From positions 108,893 through 172,892 of the IMG/VR virus record IMGVR_UViG_3300037488_003551: a stretch of DNA of 64,000 bases; one strand, written 5' to 3'. Shown here one piece after another: positions 18,065 to 28,894 of this stretch (position 1 is the first letter of the stretch; the number at the start of each line of letters is the position of its first letter). Origin of the DNA: a virus. A program made the translations under genes and the position numbers. The notes under the pieces were generated by a model, which saw nothing but the letters and a program-made list of their open reading frames with translations, was not told where the DNA came from and did no database searches.

Positions 18065-21000
18065 ATGGCTGATAATAGCGGTTACAACTCGATGCAGGCA
18101 AACCTGGGCTTGATTCCGGGCGCGGGTCCGCAGGTCCAAGTGAAATCTCCCGCGCAGGCTGCAGCTGAGTTGTCGCAGCAGGCCTCGATGCAGATGCAGC
18201 AGGCGCAGCAGATGATGCCTGTCGTGCGTTCGAATACTGCTTCGTTTTCTTTCGGTCAGCAGTATCAGCAGCAGTTCCAGGCGGCGCAAGCGCAGTCGAA
18301 CATGAACCCCTACGCCGCGGGGATGTTCGGGTCTTTCACTCAGCCTTCGGCTCTGCCTTCTCCGTTGATGATGACGCCGGCAAGCACCGGGAACTTTCGC
18401 CCACCCATGCCTTTTGGCAGCGGGGCGGGGGGTTCTCCGATGTCGCCGATGGCGGTTATGCCGATGTTCCAGACGCCATTTACGCCCCAGCTTCCGACAC
18501 CGAGCTTCCGTACTCCCTGGGAGCAGGAGATACAGCAGCGCGAGCTCCGGGCTGACCAGCTGTACTCCATGACGTCGCAGGCGCCGCGGTTCGGCGGTAT
18601 GGCGGCGGGGTATGGGATAGGTGCGATGGCAGGGGCGGCGGCCGGCAGTCGGTTCGGGGCGGTCGGGCGCGGTGCGGGCGCGGTGCTCGGAGGTCTGCTC
18701 GCGCACTACTCGGGGTTCTCCGAGGGCATGGGCGCGGCGGGGATGATGCCGTTTCGTCCTGGGCGTGAGGGACACGAGATGGGCCTTTCTGCCCAGCGAA
18801 TGTCCCAAGATTGGGTAGTAGGAGGTCCGAACCTTCACGAGCTCGGGCGGGGGCTTAGCCGGGGCTCTTCGATGGCGCTGGGTACCGGCATCCAGCGCAT
18901 GGCTGAGTCGCAGAGCTTCAAGGCCGAGACCGGGGGCATGTTCAATCGTCACGACCTGATGCAGATTATGCAAAAATCTGGTCAGGCCGGCATGATGGAT
19001 ATGGACCAAGGTGTTGGTCGGATTCAGCAGCAACTTCGGGATGTTAGTCGGACGGTGAGGCGCTTTATGGAGCTCACCAACGACCCCGATGTGACGAGTG
19101 TAATTAAACAGATGGGGCAGATGCATTCCTTGGGAATGTCTGTCCCGGAGATTGAGAAGGCCGCCTCGAGCATGCGTGCGTACTCGCGCGCCGCGGGGAC
19201 GACAGTTAGCGGATTGTACCAGCAAGGCCTCCCTGGAGCGATGACCTACCAGGGCTTGGGGCTCTCGGGTGGCGCGGGTCTGCAGTACGGCATGTACTCA
19301 GCGGCGGCGGCGCGGCAGGCAGTAGCTTCAGGAACTTTCTCGAATGCTGAGCTTTCAATGTTCGGCGGAGTTCAAGGTGTAGCACAGAGGAACATGCAGG
19401 CGCAAGGGGCATTTATGTCCATGCCGATGTTCGGTGCTTCCATCAGCTCTTACGGGGCTGGCGGCTGGGGTATGAACGCGGGGTCTCTCGCGCGCATGGG
19501 CGGGGGCGGAGCGGGGCCACAAGGGATGGTCATGGGCGCGGTCTCCAACATGAACGCTGCGTTGGGCGCAGGTGGCATTGGAGCTCTGGCCATGATGCCG
19601 CTGCAGCAGAAGCAGATCATGGACCAGGCCGCTCGGACAATGACTCCGTACGAGCAGACGGCCATGCGCTTTTCGATGGCGTCCGATACCGGCAAGTTCC
19701 TTGGGCTCAAGGGCGCGGGGGGGTTCGCGGCGGGCGCGCGGATGCTCTACGGGGATGAAGTCGCGTCGCAGATGATGACCGAGGCGGCGAATCCAGCTTA
19801 CTGGCGTGCCCAGAAGGCGATGATTCAGCGAGAGCGGGATGACATCGCTCGGTCGCAGCGCCAGGACATTATGGATGCGACACCCGGCGCTTTTTCTAAG
19901 ATGGCGATGGCTACGGGAGTTGCGGTCCGAGACGCGGCGTCTCCTATTGTCAATCCCATTACGGGTGCGGTCGAAGCTGCTGGACGTGGGTGGAGGTCGC
20001 ACGTTACGAATCCTCTGCAAGAGTTCAGTGATATGGCTTCAGGGGTTACGACCTACGATCAGACCGACGCGATTTTAGGTGCGGACCGTTCTACGAAGGC
20101 TGGACGTAAGAGTTTTAGAGCTCGGCAGGCATTTCGCGCCAAACATGGAAAAGCGACGAGTAGTGCGGGTGGATTAGGAATGACTGGGCGTCAGGGATAC
20201 GACGCTTTTATGCGCACGGCGTATGGTGATGAAAGTATTGGGGGAGGTTTGTCGGGGTTGGGATTGGACACTGCGAGTACACTGGCAGGGTTTGCATTAC
20301 CAGCGCTTGGTATGGCGGATATGGCTCTGAGTTTTGCGGGAGTAGATACGGGAGAAGCTGTTAGAGCTGGTCTTGGGAGTGCCTATCTGGCCTACGCTGG
20401 AATGGCTGGAGGAGAGCATAAGACTGCTATTCAAGCTGTACAGGACCGGGACAGGCGCTTGGCGGGGACTTTCCGCGGGGCGGCGAGTCGAACGATGCAG
20501 AGCTCGACGGACGTTTATGCGGGATTGGAAAAATCTCTTGGCTTAAAAGGTGGACAAGGCCTGGATTCAATGATCTCAGCTGGAAGGGCGTTAGCTCGTG
20601 CGGCTGAAGGCAAATCAGGCATTCTTGATGCGACTACTGGACGTATTTCGGACGAGACTATTCGGTCTTCACTGGCTGCAGGTATTGCGAATGCTACAGG
20701 TAAATCTCAAGCAGCAGTAGAAGCTTCGTTGCAGGGAATGAGTGAAGAGCAATTACGGGGATTAACCGAAACAACCCTTGCAGCGGGACAGCGTTTGACT
20801 ACAGCAGAAGGAAGAAATGTTTTTCGTTTATCGGAAGAACGCGCGGCTGGAGGTGTTGGACGAAGTACGATGGTTTCGGTTAGAGACCAGATAGCTGGTA
20901 TTAAAAATCAAATGGGAGATATCGAAAAAGGTTGGGGTATTGGAGCGGGTGATACTCGAGATGAATTACGTAAATTAGTTGCGAATCGTTCTCCTGCTGA

Positions 21001-21700
21001 AATTATGGCTGCTATTTCTGGAAAGACTAAAAAAGGAAATGCAGCTTGGACTGCGCGTATAAGAGAAGAAACACAAGCTGAATTGGGACCCAAAGCTACT
21101 AAGGCTCAAGTTGATGCTGTAGTTGCTCAACGCATAGACGATATGGGCAATTTGGATATGTCCAAAGACTTACAGACTAAAGTTTCTCGCATGGTTGAGC
21201 GCGGAGATGCGGGTCTCGCAGAACTTACGGATTACATAAATAATGTAGGAGCTCTCCAAGGTGCGGAATATGCGTCCTCTGCTTTTAGTGGGATGAGCAA
21301 GGCTACTGGATTAAAGATTGAGTCTGAAGCAGATTTACGAGCTCTTTCCGCTGGAGATATTCAGAAATTAGGTAAAGATTCACGTTATGCCAATCTAGCG
21401 GGAATGCTTTCGAAGCGTAAAAAAGCTACGGGTGGAGCAGCGGAGCAACTTCAGACAGATATCTATGAAGAGCTTGCTAATATCGGCTCAAGCCTTTCGT
21501 CTGAGTCTAACGTCTCTGCCACAGGCGAAAAAGCTCGGGGTCTTACGACGTCTGAAAAGAAACTCTCAGAGGTTGCAGACCAGATGTCAGCTTCTTTTAA
21601 GTATTTCACCGAAGATGCTGCGAAGAATTTTAGAGATGGTGCCGTAGCTTTTAACGAAGCAATGAGGACAGGACAACTCAAATCAGGGATACCAGACTAA
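18065..21700 (+). CDS. Tape measure protein
   Basis: 1211 aa, A/G/M/Q-rich and helical; follows the chaperone pair and precedes baseplate genes. Confidence 0.7.
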   Translation: MADNSGYNSMQANLGLIPGAGPQVQVKSPAQAAAELSQQASMQMQQAQQMMPVVRSNTASFSFGQQYQQQFQAAQAQSNMNPYAAGMFGSFTQPSALPSPLMMTPASTGNFRPPMPFGSGAGGSPMSPMAVMPMFQTPFTPQLPTPSFRTPWEQEIQQRELRADQLYSMTSQAPRFGGMAAGYGIGAMAGAAAGSRFGAVGRGAGAVLGGLLAHYSGFSEGMGAAGMMPFRPGREGHEMGLSAQRMSQDWVVGGPNLHELGRGLSRGSSMALGTGIQRMAESQSFKAETGGMFNRHDLMQIMQKSGQAGMMDMDQGVGRIQQQLRDVSRTVRRFMELTNDPDVTSVIKQMGQMHSLGMSVPEIEKAASSMRAYSRAAGTTVSGLYQQGLPGAMTYQGLGLSGGAGLQYGMYSAAAARQAVASGTFSNAELSMFGGVQGVAQRNMQAQGAFMSMPMFGASISSYGAGGWGMNAGSLARMGGGGAGPQGMVMGAVSNMNAALGAGGIGALAMMPLQQKQIMDQAARTMTPYEQTAMRFSMASDTGKFLGLKGAGGFAAGARMLYGDEVASQMMTEAANPAYWRAQKAMIQRERDDIARSQRQDIMDATPGAFSKMAMATGVAVRDAASPIVNPITGAVEAAGRGWRSHVTNPLQEFSDMASGVTTYDQTDAILGADRSTKAGRKSFRARQAFRAKHGKATSSAGGLGMTGRQGYDAFMRTAYGDESIGGGLSGLGLDTASTLAGFALPALGMADMALSFAGVDTGEAVRAGLGSAYLAYAGMAGGEHKTAIQAVQDRDRRLAGTFRGAASRTMQSSTDVYAGLEKSLGLKGGQGLDSMISAGRALARAAEGKSGILDATTGRISDETIRSSLAAGIANATGKSQAAVEASLQGMSEEQLRGLTETTLAAGQRLTTAEGRNVFRLSEERAAGGVGRSTMVSVRDQIAGIKNQMGDIEKGWGIGAGDTRDELRKLVANRSPAEIMAAISGKTKKGNAAWTARIREETQAELGPKATKAQVDAVVAQRIDDMGNLDMSKDLQTKVSRMVERGDAGLAELTDYINNVGALQGAEYASSAFSGMSKATGLKIESEADLRALSAGDIQKLGKDSRYANLAGMLSKRKKATGGAAEQLQTDIYEELANIGSSLSSESNVSATGEKARGLTTSEKKLSEVADQMSASFKYFTEDAAKNFRDGAVAFNEAMRTGQLKSGIPD

Positions 21701-21918
21701 TGACAGCACCACGAAAACGCCGCGTAATCCCGAGAGCCGACCATTTTCTTCGGTATATCAACGATATTATCCTGAGTAATCTTCGTGCCAGAACAGAAGA
21801 AGATACAACCATAACGCTCCCTGGTATCGTTTCTCGGGCATACATGATCGTTAATGAGACCGCCACCCTCGAGGTTTCGGATTTAACTCCGGACCACGAG
21901 GTCGTTGTGGAGCAATAG
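21700..21918 (+). CDS. Hypothetical tail-region protein
   Basis: TAATG coupling with the tape measure. Confidence 0.5.
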   Translation: MTAPRKRRVIPRADHFLRYINDIILSNLRARTEEDTTITLPGIVSRAYMIVNETATLEVSDLTPDHEVVVEQ

Positions 21919-23040
21919 ATGGCGGATAAAACGAAAACTCCCATTCCAGCAGATGATCCTTTTCTCGATAAACTGGATTTCTTAAATACAGGGGGTACTT
22001 TAGAGGACGATGAAGATCTCTTTCTTTTTTACGGGTTATCCGAGGGCGCACGGTATGGAGGTAGCAATCTAAAGACGGGGCGCCCAGCAAATGCGAACGG
22101 TCAATACTCGTCTTTTCCTGGTGCCACTCCTAAATACGCGCGGCATCTTCCCGGACGCAATCGTGAAAATTATGACACGCTTGCGAGGATGTATATTAGG
22201 GTTCCAAAGGACGGTAGAGCTGATGCTATACGTAAGAATTTACAGAATAGCGTTAGTCAAGACGTAGCGAGTGTTATGATGGGAGACGGTTCGGCTAAAT
22301 CGTCTGCTTTAGGTTATGTAGATTTCTTTTTAGATTCAATACAGTCTAATTTATCGGAGAAAGTTCAGGTCACGGAGGTCCTTGAGGATAATTTCGTGGC
22401 ATTCTTTTTTGGAGCTTCTCCTCCGACACAAGTTTTTACCGGACATCTGATGAATACGCTCCAAGATGATTGGGCGGTCCAGATGTTGGCGGCCTATCAG
22501 GACCTTTTTAGAGGGACGATGCTCGCGCGGCGCGGTCTGCAGCTCTATATACGCTACGATTCGTATATTATCAGCGGCGCGTGCACTGGCTTGTCTCTCA
22601 CTAGGTCTTCTCAAAACGAAAACATTGTCCCTTTCTCGTTACAGATGCTAGTGCACCGTCAGCATCTTTTGTATGGGAATGCTTTTGGGTCGACACAGCT
22701 CCCGGCGAGTGCAGGGTCATTTATCCCGACAGATGCATTTCCTTTTTCAGAGCCCAAAGTCGCGCAGCTTCGTCCGCTTATTGCGAAGGCTGCAGCGGTT
22801 CCGACTGATGGGGTAAATGACCTCTCGTGTGAACCAGAAGACCCTTGGTTGAAAGCGCTGAAGGAAGATGATATCGCACTCGATGCTAGTCAGTCTTCAG
22901 GGCAGTCAGAAGCGTCAGACCCAACGCGTCCCGGGGCATGGACTGGTCCTGAGCCAAGATTCGTACGTGCTTCTGTACCACAGACGGACACTCGAACCTC
23001 GATGCCAGGTTTTACTCCGTTTAAGAATCTAGATTTCTGA
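21919..23040 (+). CDS. Putative tail tube initiator/baseplate protein
   Basis: Position after the tape measure; beta-rich core 'EKVQVTEVLEDNFVAFFFG'. Confidence 0.45.
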   Translation: MADKTKTPIPADDPFLDKLDFLNTGGTLEDDEDLFLFYGLSEGARYGGSNLKTGRPANANGQYSSFPGATPKYARHLPGRNRENYDTLARMYIRVPKDGRADAIRKNLQNSVSQDVASVMMGDGSAKSSALGYVDFFLDSIQSNLSEKVQVTEVLEDNFVAFFFGASPPTQVFTGHLMNTLQDDWAVQMLAAYQDLFRGTMLARRGLQLYIRYDSYIISGACTGLSLTRSSQNENIVPFSLQMLVHRQHLLYGNAFGSTQLPASAGSFIPTDAFPFSEPKVAQLRPLIAKAAAVPTDGVNDLSCEPEDPWLKALKEDDIALDASQSSGQSEASDPTRPGAWTGPEPRFVRASVPQTDTRTSMPGFTPFKNLDF

Positions 23041-23061
23041 GTTCTCAGAGGAGCGAGCGCA

Positions 23062-23880
23062 ATGGCACTATCAGATTTCGCAATAGACCAAATCGGACTT
23101 GCCCCGGAAGTTCCAACTGTCTCACGGCGAGATATTCTTCCGACGTCGATAGCAGGTGGTCCTGTTACTTTTACGGCTGTGACTGCTGGTCTCACGTACG
23201 CGTGGGTAGTGACGCAGACTCCGGGGTCGGCAGTGCCCCTCGGAGGCGCTGCTACACAGACTTGCACAATCGCAGCTGAAATGACGGGCGGTTACCTCGT
23301 GCGTCTCACTGTAAACGCGGGTCTGCCTACGGAGGATATTGCCGAACTCTATTTTGGAATTGGCGTTCTTATAAACGGCATTCGATATCCTCTTCCAGCT
23401 CTTACGGAGACGGTACAGGACAACAGTATCGGTACTCCTGAGTTTGGATGGCTTGAAAAGGAACTGGCGGTCATTCGAGCCATCGTAGCGGAAATATTCA
23501 CGGGGACCGCCTGGATGGGTGACACCGTAGATGCTACTCCCACGGAGATTTATGAAGGTGGAGTTCCTCCGGGACGTGAAGCTATTCCATTAAACTGCGT
23601 CACGCCCTATACGATAACTTTTAGAGCTTTTGACCCACTGCACGGGGGTCAGGGAAAAGTTTGGAAGGTTGAGTTCGCGACTATCAATACGGGAGCTACG
23701 ACTTCCGTCCTATTAGATATTCCCGTTATAACAATTATTGGACAGACGGACCCACCTGGAGGTGGTGTGGGTACTGATCTTTGGGATGTGGATGTGTCTG
23801 TGCACACACCGTCCGATACGCTGGTTTTGACCGTAACAGGTGAAGCTGCGGTTAATATCGCGTGGGAAGCACACTCATGA
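23062..23880 (+). CDS. Virion structural protein (PKD/Ig-like N-terminus)
   Basis: 'TYAWVVTQTPGS...GGYLVRLTVN' PKD-like pattern; GAGGAG RBS. Confidence 0.5.
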   Translation: MALSDFAIDQIGLAPEVPTVSRRDILPTSIAGGPVTFTAVTAGLTYAWVVTQTPGSAVPLGGAATQTCTIAAEMTGGYLVRLTVNAGLPTEDIAELYFGIGVLINGIRYPLPALTETVQDNSIGTPEFGWLEKELAVIRAIVAEIFTGTAWMGDTVDATPTEIYEGGVPPGREAIPLNCVTPYTITFRAFDPLHGGQGKVWKVEFATINTGATTSVLLDIPVITIIGQTDPPGGGVGTDLWDVDVSVHTPSDTLVLTVTGEAAVNIAWEAHS

Positions 23881-24311
23881 CAGACCTGACTCGATACCGT
23901 GGTGGATATGGGATAGCTCCTTGTGGCCATACCCTTGCTGGCGGGACCGCGTCTCCTACTGAACCGCGATTCTCGAGCTCGCGGCCGGTTGATAAGCAGA
24001 AGAACGTGCCTGTTTCGCAGATTTTGCGTTTCTTTGTTTATAACTACACAAGTTTTTCGGATATCGCGGATATTGTTATCCGTGTGAGTGAGGACGCGGG
24101 ATTAATTTATGCCCCTGCTTTTGATTCGACTGGATTTCTTTCTCCGTATAACGGAGCTAAAAGTCAGATAAAGCGTTATGACGGGCATACCTTGGCAATT
24201 TATATCCAGAAGACTTCGAATTGGCCGGTGGGGTCAAAAATTATGATTGAGTACGAGTGCGTCGACGAATACGGAAATACGGCGACACGAACTGCGCCGA
24301 TACGGTGGTGA
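23877..24311 (+). CDS. Hypothetical virion protein
   Basis: ATGA overlap with the previous gene. Confidence 0.5.
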   Translation: MTDLTRYRGGYGIAPCGHTLAGGTASPTEPRFSSSRPVDKQKNVPVSQILRFFVYNYTSFSDIADIVIRVSEDAGLIYAPAFDSTGFLSPYNGAKSQIKRYDGHTLAIYIQKTSNWPVGSKIMIEYECVDEYGNTATRTAPIRW

Positions 24312-24314
24312 CGA

Positions 24315-24806
24315 ATGTCTTTTACGTGGGAGTTTGAAACTGAAGGACGTAGCACGGTTCCAGTGATACGCAGGTGTCACCGTGGACCTATGCTCCCGGT
24401 AGAGGTAGCTCTCGCCAGCCGCTTCACGGTTTTGACAACCCTAAATGGACTACGTAGTCGAGTCTTGGGTGTGATTGTCGATACGACAGAGGCTCCCGTG
24501 CGTACGCGCGAGATTCTTTTGCGCGTTTTGCACAGCAATGTTGGAAGTGTTTTCAGCGATTACAAGAGTGTGCAGCCAGACCTCGAGGCTATTATATGCG
24601 AAAAGAGGAATAGTATCGACATAGCTTCCGACCTGGACTATTATCAGAGAGAATTTATCGACGCTTTGATTCCCATAGAGGCTACACGTGTTTCCAGAGA
24701 ACAGCTAAATATTGTTTATCAGGCTTTACGCTCAAAGAATGCTATCATGCGAGTTGCCGGCTACTGCGCGGTGGTATTACTAGGTGCCGTTATAGAGATT
24801 CGGTGA
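24315..24806 (+). CDS. Hypothetical protein
   Basis: ORF within the tail operon. Confidence 0.5.
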   Translation: MSFTWEFETEGRSTVPVIRRCHRGPMLPVEVALASRFTVLTTLNGLRSRVLGVIVDTTEAPVRTREILLRVLHSNVGSVFSDYKSVQPDLEAIICEKRNSIDIASDLDYYQREFIDALIPIEATRVSREQLNIVYQALRSKNAIMRVAGYCAVVLLGAVIEIR

Positions 24807-24812
24807 TAACGA

Positions 24813-27800
24813 ATGGCTAAGTCTGAAAATGCTTCAACTACCTATACCGTCAATATGCCCCATCAGGCGGCATGGATTGTGTATATCAACGGAATTGAAG
24901 TCCCTGCTAATTCGGTGAATGTCGAGTTCGGCGTGTGGTCGATACCGACGGCGCAAATTCGTCTTGTCCCACATGTTCTCCTTCAACGAATTGGTTATGA
25001 AGACCGTTTACAGGTTGAGATTTATTATCTAGACCTCTTTTTTGACCCGGATAATCCTCGATTTTGCCTGTTCGGAGAATTTGAAATTGTAGGATGGTCC
25101 TATCAAACAACAGCTTCTGGCCGTTTTTTGCAGTTGGATTGCCGGTCGCAGCTGAAGATTTTGGAGCAGTTGCGCTTCTATTACATGTCCAGTCTGGCGG
25201 ATATGGCGAAGGGTTTGTCGGCTCCCACTGCTACGGATGTGGGAGTTGTAGCTGTCCCGATGGTGGCTTATCCCTTCTCTCTATTTAGAAGAGGGTTGGT
25301 CCCAGACCCGGCGAATCCCGATGCTTTTATAGCGACTCCTTTTGAGTTTGTTCGCAATCTGCTGAAGGCGCTCACGGACCCCGTTGATTTAACGAGCGCG
25401 TCTAATAATGAAGCGGCAGAAGGTCAGCTCCCGCGCAACGCGAGTGGGGTAGCTGGTAGGAACTTTTTTGGGCGTTGGGTAGAGATGACTGATTTTAGGC
25501 GTCGCTGGGCTGCGCTCCCCTATTTTGATGACGAGCAAGCAAAAGCTGTTGATGGGTGTTTCCCCATCATCAAAGCTCTTACTTCGACGGAAGTCTTGGG
25601 CACAATTCAGCAGCAGATTGGTAATAGCGTAGGTGAAGCGGGAACGGCTTGGGAACTCTTGCAGCGCGTATTTGGCGCGATGTATATGGAGGTCTTGGCA
25701 ATTCCAGCACCCCCTGCTGTTCAGCTCGAGTTCAAGACGAATTTGATTTCGGGATACTTTACACATCGCGGAGGAAAAGACGAGACTACGTATGGAGGAC
25801 TTGCTTCTTACGTAGTTAAACCCCAGTGTATTTTCGGTATTCCCCCTGCGTGCAATGTCATTTTCCCGTCGATGATTCGCAATTATTCGACTTCGGAGAA
25901 CTACGAACGACAACCTACGCGTATTTATTTAGGAGAGGCCTACGTCTCTTCTCTTGTGGCGAGTGGAGCCTCTGGAGAGATGCAATCTCTTTCAGCAGAG
26001 CTCCTCGTGACAGGTTATCCCGATATCGTACGCGAGCGCATGCAGGAGCACCGCGAGAATGCCAGTTTGAGCACGCGCAATTTTCTGATTTATCCCGAGG
26101 AGCTTTATAAAGGTCCGGTGAGTAAGCATCTGAATGCCCCTTCTTGGCTTTATATGCTCGAGAAGATGGGACAGAATGTGAGCTCGACTCAATCAGTCTC
26201 TGTAGGGGGTAAAACCTACGCGAGGGGTAAAGGGACTATTAATAAGTTGGAGCGCGCTGTTCCAGCGTATGGACCTATCGTAACGTCAGCTGCAAAGTCG
26301 TATGGTCTTCCAGAAGATTTTGTTTGGGGCGTTATTGGATGTGAGTCTGTTTATAACCGGCTGAGTCGTCACCCCAAATCAGGTGCAGGTGGTCTCATGC
26401 AGATGATGCAGGCCACTTTTAAGTCAGCCTATACGCGTGCTCGGAAAAAAAATCCGAGTTTGCCCGAATTGGGTGATCATGGACCCCCTCGACAGGTTCT
26501 TATAAAGAAGGGAACTAACGGGAAGAAAGATAGATATCGAACGGTTTATAACGAGTCTATCTACGACGACTTATTTGACCCTCAAAAGGGTTTGTATGCT
26601 GGAATAGACGAGCTCATGGAGCTTTCTAAAGAGTTTGGCGCTACGAACTTTTCTGTGGAGGAGTTCAATCCTAAGAACCCAGTTCCGTCTTTAGCACAAT
26701 GTGTGTTGATTGGGTATAATGCGGGTATCGGTAATGGAAGAAAACTCGCTAAGCAGCGGGCGACGTATTTTGCGGCACCGGAGAACCAACGAGACCTAAA
26801 TATCTTTGAAAAGGGCTGGGTAGGCTGGGAGAATGCATCTGGTACGCGAGGCACTTTGGCGCATTGGCGTGTTTACTCGGAACGCGTGTATCGTTTTCAG
26901 AAAGCGTATATCGCGTATCAGAAGTTGGGCGGTAAGGGAGAGACTGCGAGCGCTCCCGCTTCCCCGCAAGCTCCAGCGTCAAAACCGGCGGCGTCTACGA
27001 CCTCTTCGACACCCCCGACTGTTGACTTTGAGGCAGCCAAATCGGGTGTTAGCGGCGCCTTCTCAAATATAGTAAAAAAAGTTCTTAAGACCGCGAGCGC
27101 TACTGCAGTTACTCCAAAAAATACTGCTACGCCTGCAAATGAGACCTCAACTAATGTTCTAGATACTGGCCAAGCTGGTGTTATAACTGCGACTGCTTCG
27201 GTTTTTAATGCGACAGAGGAGGAATCTGCCCTCGGCGACTTATTCCAACTTTACGCAAAGTACGAGTATTTCCGGTCGCGTTTTGAGACGCGGTCTGCCA
27301 CAGCTACGCTCGCGTTTAATCCGTATATTGTGCCTGGATTTAGCGCTGTCATCTTGGATAACGTTGTCTCCGGATTCCATTCGATTGGATACGTTAATTC
27401 AGTCAGCCATAGTTTCTCTGCTTCTGGAGATATGCAGACAACGGTAGTTCTTTCTTATGTGCGGACGATGCCAGAGTATTTGAAGCTAATAGTTACAGGT
27501 GCAAGTGACCAAGACCTCGCCAGCGATTTAAACGAGGATTTTGATGTCGGCCCTACGGAAGTCATTTCTGAAGTCGCACAGGTTTTTCAGGTCTATGGTA
27601 CCGCCGACGACTTCTACCAGAAAGTTCTTTATCCCGGGGTTTCAAAAGGTACTCCGCTCGTCTTCGATGTCGATGAATTTTTGACATTAGAGGACATGGA
27701 TAATCGTCCAGTACTTGCTGAAGCTACGACAGATGAGAACGTGAATACGTGGACTCCAGACAAAGGTCTTTACACACGGCCTACGAAAGATTTCAAAGCG

Positions 27801-28196
27801 TATTTCACATCATATGACGCGGCTATGACTTTTGTGTCTAGACCAGTTGCTACGCTGCAGCAAACGATTGAATTGCGTCATGGAAAGAAGTTGTCGGAGA
27901 TTTTAAAGGATAAAAATGGCGAGGTCCAGGGTGCTAACGATACTTTTACTTCGGGGAATAAGTCTGCACGTTTTTATCCTCGGATTTACAATTTATTACA
28001 GCCTGGGCCTACGATAAATTCTGCTGCAATTCAGGCTATTACGAATACGGGTGCTTCAGATGGAGCTACGACTGAAGGTAGTTGGCAGATTATAGCTGCC
28101 GACCACAACATCCCAGAGTCGCGTCAAAATTGGGACCAAGTGCTCATCAAATACCGCAACGCTGTGCGGGGTAAGACGTCGGTGGCGCTGCTATGA
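24813..28196 (+). CDS. Baseplate hub-like protein with inserted lytic transglycosylase domain
   Basis: SLT motifs 'VIGCES', 'GAGGLMQMM' and 'GYNAG' lie centrally. Flanking parts look hub-like ('FNPYIVPGF...GYVNSVSHSF'). Confidence 0.7.
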   Translation: MAKSENASTTYTVNMPHQAAWIVYINGIEVPANSVNVEFGVWSIPTAQIRLVPHVLLQRIGYEDRLQVEIYYLDLFFDPDNPRFCLFGEFEIVGWSYQTTASGRFLQLDCRSQLKILEQLRFYYMSSLADMAKGLSAPTATDVGVVAVPMVAYPFSLFRRGLVPDPANPDAFIATPFEFVRNLLKALTDPVDLTSASNNEAAEGQLPRNASGVAGRNFFGRWVEMTDFRRRWAALPYFDDEQAKAVDGCFPIIKALTSTEVLGTIQQQIGNSVGEAGTAWELLQRVFGAMYMEVLAIPAPPAVQLEFKTNLISGYFTHRGGKDETTYGGLASYVVKPQCIFGIPPACNVIFPSMIRNYSTSENYERQPTRIYLGEAYVSSLVASGASGEMQSLSAELLVTGYPDIVRERMQEHRENASLSTRNFLIYPEELYKGPVSKHLNAPSWLYMLEKMGQNVSSTQSVSVGGKTYARGKGTINKLERAVPAYGPIVTSAAKSYGLPEDFVWGVIGCESVYNRLSRHPKSGAGGLMQMMQATFKSAYTRARKKNPSLPELGDHGPPRQVLIKKGTNGKKDRYRTVYNESIYDDLFDPQKGLYAGIDELMELSKEFGATNFSVEEFNPKNPVPSLAQCVLIGYNAGIGNGRKLAKQRATYFAAPENQRDLNIFEKGWVGWENASGTRGTLAHWRVYSERVYRFQKAYIAYQKLGGKGETASAPASPQAPASKPAASTTSSTPPTVDFEAAKSGVSGAFSNIVKKVLKTASATAVTPKNTATPANETSTNVLDTGQAGVITATASVFNATEEESALGDLFQLYAKYEYFRSRFETRSATATLAFNPYIVPGFSAVILDNVVSGFHSIGYVNSVSHSFSASGDMQTTVVLSYVRTMPEYLKLIVTGASDQDLASDLNEDFDVGPTEVISEVAQVFQVYGTADDFYQKVLYPGVSKGTPLVFDVDEFLTLEDMDNRPVLAEATTDENVNTWTPDKGLYTRPTKDFKAYFTSYDAAMTFVSRPVATLQQTIELRHGKKLSEILKDKNGEVQGANDTFTSGNKSARFYPRIYNLLQPGPTINSAAIQAITNTGASDGATTEGSWQIIAADHNIPESRQNWDQVLIKYRNAVRGKTSVALL

Positions 28197-28894
28197 CGAA
28201 CATGCTCACACGCCAAGAAGAAGACCTCGCTCTTTGGAAGCAGTGGAAGTCGAGCAACGACCGGCTTGCGCTGAACAAGCTTTTGACGCGTTTGGACCCG
28301 CTGATTCAGGGTGAGGTAAATAAGTGGGGACAGGCAGTCCCTCGGCAGGCTTTGGAGGCAAAGGCGAAGACGTTGGCTCTCGAGGCGCTGGAGTCCTATG
28401 ACCCAAAAAAAGGAGCGGCCATCGGAACCCACGTAACGAGCCGTCTTCGAAAGCTTTCCCGCTCGGTCTATCCGTATCAGAACGTCGCGAGAGTCCCGGA
28501 GAATCAGCAACTATATTTTCACACGTACAATGTTGCTACAAACAAGCTCCAGGATTCTCTTGGCCGTGACCCAGCGGTTGACGAGCTGGCCGATGAATTG
28601 GGTTGGTCGCAGAAGCGCGTCACGCATTTTCAGAACGCCTTCGCTCGGCGTGAGCTCGTGGAGTCTGAAGGAGCGTACTGGGAGGGGGAGCGCGATGAGG
28701 GACTTATCGACTTTTACCACCACAGTTTGGCTCCCCGTGACAAGCAGATTTTTGAAGACATTATCGGATATAATGGGAAAACTCCCATGAAGAATCCAGA
28801 CCTTATGAAGAAGTACAATATGACGCAGGCGCAATTGAGCTATCTCAAGCGTAAATACGTGCAGGATTTACAGCGCGTGCAAGGCGGATTTTAG
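28193..28894 (+). CDS. RNA polymerase sigma factor (FliA/sigma70 group 3-like), probable late sigma
   Basis: Region 2 'ALESYDPKKGAAIGTHV', region 3 'LGRDPAVDELADELGWS' and a C-terminal HTH. Confidence 0.8.
   Translation: MTNMLTRQEEDLALWKQWKSSNDRLALNKLLTRLDPLIQGEVNKWGQAVPRQALEAKAKTLALEALESYDPKKGAAIGTHVTSRLRKLSRSVYPYQNVARVPENQQLYFHTYNVATNKLQDSLGRDPAVDELADELGWSQKRVTHFQNAFARRELVESEGAYWEGERDEGLIDFYHHSLAPRDKQIFEDIIGYNGKTPMKNPDLMKKYNMTQAQLSYLKRKYVQDLQRVQGGF

Noticed and set aside
17933-20020. Long antisense ORFs (430 aa, 221 aa) and similar shadows at 1323-2225, 3370-4188, 52368-53171 and 62460-63946
   Set aside because: They mirror GC3-rich real genes on the opposite strand and have R/H/P-biased, motif-less translations.
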